DNA of 59,686 nucleotides, counting the filler, from Basidioascus undulatus (Eukaryota), in assembly GCA_000826855.1 (NCBI GenBank). It is 5 parts of 5 records of this genome, joined end to end, with 100 filler letters (N's around TTAATTAATTAA, not from the genome) between each part and the next. Parts side by side here need not be neighbours in the genome. Positions count along the whole stretch, not along the records: positions 23,572 to 51,834 come from JTLS01000150.1; 4 more parts are not named here. The stretch is one strand, 5' to 3'. Below the pieces are notes generated by a model that made no database searches, was not told the origin of the DNA, and saw only the letters and a program-made list of their open reading frames with translations. Position numbers and translations under genes: made by a program. Positions 36,925 to 48,234 of this stretch are shown here, piece after piece. The stretch's first letter is position 1, and the number at the start of each line of letters is the position of its first letter.

Positions 36925-38313
36925 ATGAGCGTCAAGGCCAGCACTCATCTCCGCCAACTGCTCAAGCAGGACGGCCTGATCGTGAGCTCCCGTCACTCGC
37001 TCACTTGCCATGTCCGATTCTCATTCGCGTCGGATTCCTATGAAACAGGTCGCCCCGGGTGAGTCCGAAATCTGTCATGCCTGCCAGAATCCTCGAGCTG
37101 AAATAATGAGCTTGATTACCAGGTGTGTACGATGGAATTTCTGCTCGCCTCGCCCTCGAGGCTGGGTACGAAGTCCTCTACATGTCGGGCGCATCGACCA
37201 CCGCTTCCATGCTTGGCCAGCCCGATTTGGCAGTGGCCACCCAGACCGACTTTGTCCAGGTCAGCTTTTGGCTTACGAAGGCAAATTACTGGCGAGAGGC
37301 TGACATCAGTATCTTACAGAACGCGTCCATGATCGCCGGCCTTTCCCCTGCCACTCCTTTGATTGCAGATGCCGACACCGGGCACGACCGTGATACGATA
37401 CCATATGTAGAAGAAAAGGCTGACTGGAACGTCCCCTCAGTTTCGGCGGGCCATTCATGTGCGCCCGCACGCTGACGGCGTACGACAGAGCCGGCGTTGC
37501 AGGCCTTCACATCGAGGACCAGGTCAGCCGCGTCCCTCCCCCCTTTAAGCCTCTTTATAGCCATGTTCACCGTGATATACAGGTCCAAACCAAGCGGTGC
37601 GGTCACCTTCTCGGGAAGCAGATCGCTCCCCTGCCGGAATTCATCTCCCGCATCCGTGCTTCCGTCGCCGCCCGCACTGAGTCGGGTTCCGACATTGTTC
37701 TTATTGCTCGTACCGACGCTGTGCAGGGATTCGGGATGGATGAGGCGATTTCGCGCTTGAAGGCCGCTATCGAGGCGGGTGCGGATGTAGCTTTCCTGGA
37801 GGGCGTCAAGAGCAAGGAGGACGTCGAGCGGACGGTAAAGGAGCTGGCGCCCACCCCGGTGCGTCTCTTGATCCCTTAACTTCCGAAGATACCAGACTAA
37901 ATCCGTCTAACAGGTCATGCTCAATGTTGTACACGGCGGCAGCACGCCTGACTTCACTGTGGCGGACGCCAAAAATATGGGCGTGAGAATCGCCAGTGCG
38001 TCTAATTGACCCTCGTCCAACCCGTTATTAACCTTATTTAACAATTGTGTCCGCTAGTTTTCCCTCTCATCTCCTCCGTCGCCGCCATGCACGCGATTCG
38101 TGCCTCCCTCGCCTCGCTCAAGGAGACGGGCTCGGACGTCAAGACTGCGCAGGGCATGGGTCCTCGTGGATTCTTCGAGGTCATGGGTAAGCAGAGAGAC
38201 CAGAAATCTTTGAATCAGAGCCGTCTAGATGTCTTACTCCTCGCTAAACAGGGCTGGAACACGCGATGAAAATTGACGCGGCAGCGGGAGGGGCGGCGTA
38301 CTCGAGCGTCTGA
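36925..38313 (+). CDS. ICL/PEP-mutase superfamily lyase (oxaloacetate hydrolase class; 2,3-dimethylmalate lyase-like)
   Basis: Motifs VAPG|VYDGISARLAL, YMSGA, PLIADADTG|FGG, GLHIEDQ|VQTKRCGHLLGK, LIARTDA, DVAFLEG and NVVHGGSTP. Confidence 0.92.
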
Positions 38314-38868
38314 GTTTGGCCTTCGGAACGAGGCCGACGTGTCCTGGATGGCGTCCACGATAGACTCCACGTACATTGATCAAATAGAGCTTGCATTGGG
38401 CTCGGGCAATCATAATTCACCGTTTTGCATGAGCGTGTCGGTCAAGGCCAAAGCGCACCTCGCTCACTTTGACGACGCAGTCGCCGTCCTGGCTGAAGCC
38501 TAGCCTGTTCGACCTGCTTCCATTCGTCGTCCCCTATTGGCTACAATACGACAGAATATTCCTTTTTGACATCCCTATCTGCTTCGTTGAAAGTGCAGAG
38601 CTCGCTGATCCCCGCTCGCGGCAGCGGTTGTGGACCTCCACCTCGCGTCGTTCCGCCTGTAATGTCTCAGCGACCGAGAAGACGCACGACGTCAGCAGCT
38701 CGTTAAGCCGGTTCTTCTCAAGACGAGATTCCTCCGCCGACTGGCCTCCTTGGCGAGCACACTCTTCCCTCAACCGTCACCCCGTCGCACACGCTGCTGT
38801 ACCGCTCAGACACAGTCCCTCACACAGTGCCCTCACCCCTCATCCGCTTCCTCTCGCGACTGTCGATC

Positions 38869-40659
38869 ATGGCCCCCGTCAAGAACACCAAGGTCCTCTT
38901 AGTGAAGTCTCCCGAGACTTACTTCACTCCTGGAGAGCACACGAAGGTCGTCGATGAGGAGATCGACCTGGAGACGGTCCCTCTCAACGGGGGGTATCTC
39001 ACTAAGACTCTCGTGAGTGCATCCCCCTTTACACCCAACCTCAGGGCAAAAGTCTGGGTTGGTTGTAATGTTCAGCGGACCTGCTAATTTCTGTCTGATC
39101 GCGCAGGTCTTGAGCGTTGACCCGTACGTCCTCCTTTTCTGTCTCAACCTATGTTTCGCCGCTGAATGCTCGTCTTTGGTCATTAGATTCGCTCTCGCAT
39201 GCACGATGGCGGTGAAAGTTACATGCCTGAATTCAAGAAAAACGAGCCGTACATACAATTCTAGATAGGCTTTGGCTGAAAGCTGAAAAGGGCGGTGGTT
39301 GGTTGGGACAGGATCGAGAACTTCGGCGTCAGCGTTGTGGTTCGCTCGGAGATCGACAAGGTCAGGAAGGGTGACCACCTTTACGGAATGTACCCGGTGA
39401 GTTTGAAGGTCTCGTAAAAGAACAGAGTGATCTAGAGCTGAAGACGGACGGCGTCGCAGTTTGAGTCGTACACTGTTTGGCCAGCGGCGGCGGCGAGCAA
39501 CTTCAAGGTGCTGGAGAACAAGGAGCGCCTGCCTTGGAGTATTTATGTTGGTGCGTTTTCTGGATGAGTTTGGGTTCGAAGATAGGGAGGATCTGGCTTA
39601 AAGCTCGTGAAGCTCACCAAACCCTTCACCCGCTGCTGCTTAGGTCTGGCCGGCATGCCTGGTGCGCTATACGACTTTTCGGAAGCACGCACACTTTGAA
39701 CTGACATCCTGTCGTTCTTTCATTCAGGCAAGACGGCATGGTATGGCCTGGACCTCTACGCAGGGGAGCTCAAGGCCGGCGAGACGATCTACGTCAACGC
39801 CGCAGCCGGTCCCGTCGGCGCCTTCGTGATCCAGGTGCGCTGTGTCCCTGCGCAATGGACACGCAGCGGCATCGCTGACTGAGGTGGCGTGGGTATAGAG
39901 GGCCAAGGTGGCGGGAATGTATGTTATCGCTTCGGCCGGGTCGGAGGAGAAGTGCAAGTTCGTGAAGGAGCTAGGAGCGGATTTCGTCTTCAACTGTAAG
40001 GTGCGAGCGAATCCCCACAGCTCGAATACGCATCGCTGACATCGCTGGTCGTGGTGGCGCAGCAGGAGAAGGAGCCGCTGCAGGCTCTCGAGGAGTCGGG
40101 CAAGCGTTTGGACGTGTACTGGGAGGTGCGTTGTGGTTCGAGGGGTTTGTCAGACTAAAAATCCGAGCGCTAACCATGGCGGCTTCGGAACAGAATGTGG
40201 GCGGAGCGCACTTCGAGGCTGCCCTTGAGAAGGCCAACAAGTTCGCACACTTCAGTATGATGTTCATTGCAGTCTCACCGCTTGATGTTTACTCACAACT
40301 TTATACAGTCGTTTGCGGCTTCATCGTTGACTACAACGTGAAGAAGGAAGACCGCTACCCGATCCGCGGTCTCACTGAAATCTTCGCTAAAGAGATCAAA
40401 ATTAGCGGATTCATCGTTGGCTCCGTGGAGACCGAAGAGGAGAATGAGCGCTTCTACTCGACCGTCCCGAAGTGGATCGCTGAGGGCAAGATGAAGTGAG
40501 CGCGCTGCGTCAGGCGTGGCGGGACGTTGCTGACGGCCGCCTCTGTTTTGCAGGGTCCTGGAGCACATCACCCACGGCATTGAGAACGCCGACAAGGCGT
40601 TGTTGAACATTTACAAAGGGCTGAACCTGGGCAAAGCTGTGGTGCGCGTGGCGGACTAG
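38869..40659 (+). CDS. Zinc-independent NADP-dependent MDR oxidoreductase (prostaglandin reductase/alkenal reductase-like)
   Basis: Motifs LSVDP, GMPG|KTAWYGL, GETIYVNAAAGPVG, VIASAGSEEK, ENVGGAHF and NLGKAVVRV. Confidence 0.92.
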
Positions 40660-41822
40660 AGGATGTTGTTTCTTGGTGGACTCGTTCCACACGCTGGCAT
40701 GAGAGCACGTTGAGTTTGCGGATAATTTGAACGTGTTCAGCTTGATTAGTGCCGATGTAGAGAGGTCTTTCATTGAACACATGTCAATCTTTTGGGCAGT
40801 GTCAGTTTGTGTCGCCTTCGCAGCGCAGTCGCAATGAGGAGGCACGTCCACATAGCCGCTGCACATGGCCGAGGCGGCGGCAGTCAGCCGAGGTACTGAG
40901 CGTAAGGTGTTTCATATGGGCACGGTCAAGAAAGGTGCCACTTTTTCTCAGAACAAAATAGGGGCATGGAGAAGTCTATTTAGGCCATCGAGGACGTTTA
41001 TGCCGAAGGAAGAGGAAGACGAGGACCGAGCCCCAGGTGCAGCAGCTCGCGAGCAGCCAAGACTTGCTTGACGCTTCAAGAGCAGCCCCTCTCCTGGTCG
41101 TGCCCGGGGCTTCGGTCCCTCTTGTCTTCCGACCAGACCGTACAGCTTTCACAAACTCGCGCTCGTCGCTCTCAGTAGTAGCGGCGCCAGCATTGACGCC
41201 AGAATATTCGAATCCTTGTACCCGTAGGAGACAGATATCTTCAAGGGGCGCCCTTAATCAGTTCCCGAACCAGGCGACCGCGTCGCTGCCTCCCTCCCGG
41301 CCGGCCGGAACGATCTTCTCAGGCGGCTGTTCATCGTTCTCGAAGGGACTGGTCATTCTGTTGGACGGCTCTCATCGTGAGTACAAATTACAAGCTCGGG
41401 ATAGGTTTCGTACCTCGTCTGCCCTTCAGACGTGTCGGCGGATTCAATGCCGAGCCCAGCGCACCGCCCCGCCGCAGCCATCAATTGCTCTCAGGGCTGT
41501 CTTCCATTCCTCTACATCTCAAGCTCATCGCGTTCCGCACTTGTCCCATTCATCAGAAACTCCTCCTTCGAAACTCCTCACTCGCTGGCTCCTGCATCGC
41601 TGTCCAGCGAATCGCTCGCATCTCCACGACATCTCACGACCACCCACCAACCTCAACTGACCTAGACACCAACAGGTGCCCTTTCAGGATACAGTACGTC
41701 TATATCCTTGAAATATGGAATGGGCTGTCTTTGTGCTGGTGGCTAGGCGGACAAGACGGGTGAAGTCGCAGAGCTCGTCCGAGCTCATACCCTTCTGTTC
41801 CCCTGCACAGTCCGCCATCTGG

Positions 41823-44800
41823 ATGGCGTACGACCCCTACAGTCCTCCTCGCCGCCAGCGCGAGGACGACAACGCTCACCTTGTGGACACCTACGACGAT
41901 CTCGATAACGACTCCTACTCGCACGGCCCGAGCCTCGAGCGCGGATACGCTCAGGGCGGCGCTGCGCTCGACCCCTTCTTTGGCGACGACGACCATCTCC
42001 CTCCTCCCTCCGCCTCGCGCACGAACCAGGGCGCGCTCATCACTTCCCTCGACTCCACACCCTACTTCGGGCCGCCGAGTCCGAATCATTTCAAGGACTG
42101 TAGCCCGCTCGCGCAGTCGGCTGCCGCGCCCGCGGGCAAGACGGTCGAGCAGCTCGGCTATGAGGAGAGCGACTTCTCGGACGACGAGGATGAGGGGCGG
42201 AGGAGGCCTGGGATTGGGCAGAGGCTGAAGGACATGATGCCGAAGTTTGGGCGAGGGGAGAAGAAGCTTGAGGGCGAGCGGGTGCTCTACCTGAACAATC
42301 CGCCTCTGAACGACGCCCAGGTGCGCTCTCTTTTTCAACCTGTGATGCCAATCAGATGCTCTGACTTCGGATCGACCATATTCGCTCAGAAATTCATCTC
42401 GAACTACGTCTCAACCAGCAAATACAACGTCATCACCTTCGTACCGAAATTCCTCGCAGGTGCGTCTCGCCCGTCAGCGCGTCACTGGTAGCGTAGGACT
42501 GATCATTTGCCTCATACAGAGCAATTTTCCAGTAAGGTTTTCAGCCTTCTGAGCAGGATTCATGGTAACTGATTTTTGTTCCTGGGCAGAATACGCGAAC
42601 GTCTTCTTCCTGTTCTCCGCATGTATCCAGCAGATCCCGAATGTGTCCCCCACAAACCGGTCAGTCGATCGCGAGCCATTATGTCCTGGTCTTGAGCTTA
42701 CAATGTTGGAGACAGTTATACCACTATCGTCCCGCTTTCGCTGTGCGTCCCCTCGTTCATGGCTGCATCCCCTGCGCAGTGCTGACATGCGAACGAAAAC
42801 CCAACAGCGTCCTGCTCGCATCGGCCTTCAAGGAGATCTCGGAGGACATTAAGCGCCACCGATCCGACAGCGAGCTCAACGCGCGCAAGGCGAAGGTGCT
42901 CATCGGCAGCTCGTTCGAGGACCGCGCGTGGCGCAAGATCCGCGTCGGCGACATTGTCCGGCTTGACAACAACGACTTTATCCCCGCCGACCTCGTACTA
43001 ATGTCCAGTTCCGAGCCGGAGGGCTTGTGTTACGTGGAGACTGCCAACTTGGACGGGTGCGTCCCGTGGGAGGCAGGCCCTCCTGGCCTGCGCGTGATCG
43101 CTGACCGCGCGGATATGCGCCAGCGAGACCAACCTCAAGATCAAGCAGGCGAGTCCGCAAACAGCCGAGCTCACGTCGTCAAGCCTCATTTCGCGCTTGT
43201 CCGGTCGCCTTCGTTCCGAGCACCCCAACAACTCCCTCTACACCTGTTCGCCGGCTTTCATAACTGTAGCAATGTCTGAGTGACTGACTGTCCTAATTCC
43301 GTACAGACGAGGGTACTCTGGAGCTCAAGAACGGCCCGACGGAGCGGCAGGTGCCGCTCGGACCGGATCAGATCCTGCTCCGCGGCGCGCAGATCCGCAA
43401 CACGCCTTGGGTATACGGGCTAGTCGTTTTCACCGGGCACGAGACGAAGCTCATGCGGAACGCCACGTATGTGCTGTATATCCTTGTTTCTCAACCTAAA
43501 GCCGCTGAGATTGGTAAGACAGCGCCGCGCCGATCAAGCGGACAATGCTCGAGCGTCAGGTCAATGTCCAGATCGTCTTCCTCTTCGGTATTTTAATGGC
43601 TCTCGCTATCGCGTCTACCATCGGCGCTTCGGTCCGCAATGTGCGTGAAGATTTTCTTTGATACGCTGATGCAGCACTCACGTGCAAGGCACGCAGTGGG
43701 TGTACGGTCACACCATGTGGTACCTCGCCTTGACGGAGGAGACCAAGAGCAAGGCGATCCAGTTCATCGAAGACATCCTTACGTTCATCGTGCGCTCTGC
43801 TTCCTTTCCATACAATCAGAACCTCCCAAGCTGACGCTCCACTGGACGATAGATCTTGTTCGTCGCATTTTATCTTAAGTATTACGCTTGCGCTTACGTT
43901 CGAATTCCAGGTACAACAACTTGATCCCTATCTCGTGAGTTTTAGATTGCAGTTCAATATCAGAGCCACAGCGAAGCTCATCTTGCACGCGCGCAGCCTC
44001 ATCGTCACCATGGAAGTCGTCAAGTTCCAACAAGCGCAACTCATCAACTACGGTACGTAAAATAGGGTCTTTCGGACTCGTGGTATTCTAACGAGTCCCT
44101 TTCAGATTTGGATATGTACTACGCGAAGACCGACACGCCCGCGTTGTGCCGAACGTCGAGTCTTGTGGAAGAGCTCGGTCAAATCGAGTACATCTTCTCC
44201 GATGTATGTCTCTCCTTTAGTTACTACGCTCGAGCATCGCTCACAGGCTCCCACACAGAAAACCGGGACTCTCACGTGCAACGTGCGCCTGCTGTGTACT
44301 TTTCTCCCCAAACCGCAGGCTAAAACGGACGGCAACAGGAAATGGAATTCAAGATGTGCTCGATCGGCGGCACCGCCTACGCCGAGGTTGTCGACGAGTC
44401 GCGGAGGGGCGAGCCCGGTCCCGACGGTCAGCTGGTCGGCGGCTGGAAGTCGTTCGCCGAGCTGCGCGCACTCGTCGAGTCTGGCGCGCCGGGCTCAGAC
44501 GTTGCCGCGGAGTTCATCGCGCTGCTGTCCATGTGAGTGAAATGATCATCCGTTGCTGGATTGCGCTGTTCTGACATATCTGGATTATTCACTTGCAGCT
44601 GCCACACCGTCATTCCCGAAATGAAGGACGACAAGGTCATCTACCAGGCCTCGAGCCCAGACGAGGCGGCGCTTGTCGCTGGCGCTGAGGTGCTCGGCAA
44701 CCGATTCACGGTGCGTAGCTCCCTTGCCCATGCTGCGCCGAATCGTCGGGGTCTGACGTGTTAAACGGTCGAGCAGATCCGCAAGCCCAAATCCATCTTC

Positions 44801-47800
44801 GTCGAGATCCGCGGCGTCGAGCACGAAATCGAGATCCTGAACGTCTGCGAGTTCAACTCTACGCGCAAGCGCATGTCGACGGTCGTGCGCATGCCCGACG
44901 GCAAGATCAAGCTCTACACCAAGGGCGCCGACACGGTCATCCTCGAGCGGCTGTCGAGCAACCAGCCCTTTACGGAGCAAACTCTCGTGCATCTTGAGGT
45001 AAAAGCACAGTTCTGCACAGCGACGCGCGCGAAAACTGACCAACTGTTGCACTATCAGGACTACGCGACCGAAGGTCTCCGCACTCTTTGCTTGGCCATG
45101 CGCGAGATCCCGGAGGACGAATACGCGAGGTGGAGCGCAATCTACGATGAAGCCGCCGCAACGATCGTCAGTACCTCTGGTGTCTCGCCGCCCCTCAGGA
45201 CTCATTCTTACCCTTTCCGTGCCCCAGAACGGTCGTGGCGATGCGCTCGACGCCGCTGCGGAAATGATCGAGAAGGACCTGTTTTTGCTCGGGGCGACGG
45301 CGATCGAGGACAAACTGCAGGACGGCGTGCCCGACACGATCTACCAGCTTCAGCAGGCGGGCATCAAGGTCTGGGTGCTCACCGGTGATCGGCAAGAGAC
45401 CGCCATCAACATCGGGCTGTCGTGCAAGCTCATCAGCGAGAGCATGAACCTCGTCCGTCCCACGATCCAGCACTGTGTGCTGCTCTGTAACTGACATGTG
45501 GCCTCGACAACAGATCATCGTCAACGAGGAGAACGCACACGACACAAAGCAATTCATCACGAAGCGTCTCGAGGCGGTCAAGAGCCAACGTCTGGCCGGC
45601 GAGTTCGAGGAGCTGGCGCTCATCATTGGTGAAGTTCTTTTCAGTTTTCAAAGTATTGCGAGAGCTGATGTCGTCGCATGTAGATGGCAAGAGCCTAGGT
45701 TACGCGCTGGAGAAGAACATCTCCAAGAAGCTCTACGAGCTCGGCACGATGTGCAAGGTGAGCTCAGGTCCGCCTCGTGCGCACTGGCTGCACGACACGC
45801 CTGACTGACGCGCCTCCCTTTGTCTTCCAGGCTGTCGTCTGCTGTACGTTTCCATACTCTAACTCGTACAAACCCGACACACGCTGAGCTGCTCTCAACA
45901 GGTCGCGTCTCGCCGCTCCAGAAGGCTCTCGTTGTCAAGCTTGTGAAGAAGAACTCATCGTCACTTCTGCTCGCGATTGGTGACGGCGCGAACGACGTGA
46001 GCATGATTCAGGCTGCGCACGTCGGCGTCGGCATCTCTGGCGTGGAGGGCCTACAAGCGGCGCGAAGCTCTGACGTGGCCATCTCGCGTACGCTTTTCTC
46101 CGCCTATGGCACATGTGCACGTGCTCATGATTTTGTGCATGACAGAATTCCGGTACCTCAAGAAGCTCCTGCTTGTTCACGGCGCATGGAGCTACCAGCG
46201 CCTGGCGAAGCTTGTTGTCTTCTCCTTCTACAAGGCAAGTCCTCCTCGATCGACGCAAGCACTCAAATTCACGGCGCTGACACGGCGTTGCGCATTAGAA
46301 CATCTGCCTTTATATGACTCTGTAAGCGTAATGTAGACTATTACCGTAGCTATTACTGATCTTTTAACCTGCAGATTCTGTAAGCGTAGCAGTGATAACG
46401 CTTTCGAAGCTCTGCACTGCAGCTAACGTGACTTCTATCAGGGTACTCGTTCTTCAACGGTTACTCCGGCCAACCCGCGTACGAGTCGTGGACGCTCAGT
46501 TGTGCGTGGATCTTGAACTTGATTATCGGACGCACTGATATCTGATAAGTTATGCTACAGTCTTCAACGTCCTCTTCACGGTTCTTCCGCCTCTCGTCAT
46601 CGGAATGCACGTCCTCCGTACTATTCTAGCGGACACGGCTTGCTGACAGGACTTCCGTGCCCCACAGCTTCGACCAGTTTGTTTCGGCGCGCATGCTCGA
46701 CCGTTACCCGCAGCTGTATCAGTTCGGGCAGTCCAACTCCGCCTTCAACAAGCGCACGTTCTGGGCATGGGCGAGCAACGCGCTTTACCATTCCTTCGTG
46801 GGTTGTCTTGCTCGGCACGGGTCGTTCACCCAATTAACCCATGTGTCCTACCCGCAGCTGCTTTACGGCTTCTCGGTCCTCATCTACTGGGGTGACGGCA
46901 AGAACAGCAACGGTTACGATCTCGGTATCTGGCCGTGGGGAACGATGCTGTACAATGCCGTGCTTTTGACGGTTCTCGGAAAGGCGGCGCTCGTGTCCGA
47001 GTGCGTATTCGGCTTTGCTGTTCTTCGGGAAAGCCTGGCTGACGAACGTTCGCACTGCAGCATCTGGACGAAGTGGACCGTGATCGCCATCGTACGATCT
47101 ATTTTGAGCCCATATTTTGCGAAGCAAAACTTAACTCGTCTTTACAGCCCGGTTCGATGGTCTTCACCCTTATCTCCCTCCCGCTCTACGCCTGGATCAC
47201 TCCCATGCTCAAGTTCTCGATGGAGTACAAGGGCGAAGTCGGCCCGATTTGGGGCGTGGGGTGCGTCACTGATGGCTCACATGCTCGCGAAGCCTCCTTT
47301 CGCTGATTCCTCACAATACAGGCTGTTCTGGTTCTCGCTCCCGATCATGGCTGTCGTGTGCTTGATTCGGGACTACATCTGGAAGGCCTACAAGCGCAAC
47401 TACCTACCGAACATGGTATGCTTCATCCCGTTGTTTCGCCAGGTCGTCGCCGTACTGACATTTCGCAACGTCGCACAGATCCATATTGTTCAAGAAATGA
47501 GCAAGTACAACCTGTGCGTTTTCGCCATGTTGATGTCATTTCATACTGCCGCTAACGCTCCCCCACAGGCACGACTACCGACCACGACAAGAGCAGTTCC
47601 AAGCAGCCGTTCGCAAGGTGAGTGCCACATCGTCGTCACACTGGACAACGGCTGATTTATTGCTGTCATTGCAGGTTCGCGCCGTCCAGCGCATGCGCCG
47701 GACGCGGGGCTTCGCGTTCTCTCAAACAGAGGGCACGCAAGAACAAGCCCGTCTAGTACGTGATCGCTAGCCGCCCCGCCCTCCGCTACGACCGGTTGCT

Positions 47801-47928
47801 GACGTACATGCGCTGGGATAGATTCGGGCGTACGACACATCGGAGTCAAGAGTACGTCCCAGCTGGCCGATCCAGTCCCACCCGCTGTCACTTACCAACC
47901 ACATTGCACACAGCCATCAGGGTTGTAG
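41823..47928 (+). CDS. DRS2: P4-type phospholipid-translocating ATPase (flippase)
   Basis: Motifs [79 protein letters not shown] and [11 protein letters not shown], plus the Drs2/ATP8A tail RGFAFSQ. Many short introns. Confidence 0.96.
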
Positions 47929-48234
47929 CGCCCGCCATCAGTCTTGCCGCCTTTTCTCTTCCTTCCGGGACTCTTGCTGGCTTCGCCATGTTTAATGACG
48001 CTTTTCCCTCGCGCACACTGCTTGTACTTTGCACGCAATCATATCCCCATCTAGCGCTGCTTCGGAACCTTACGATTGTATGGAAGCCTATCCACCCAAC
48101 GAAGAGAAGCCAAAGGAGACTGCAATGCGATGTCAAGCACGGATAGAACGGCTCCGATAAACTACGATGCATGGTAGAAATTGAGAAAGATATGTAAGTG
48201 TGGGGCAGAAGATGAAAGAAGGTAGGCGCATAGC

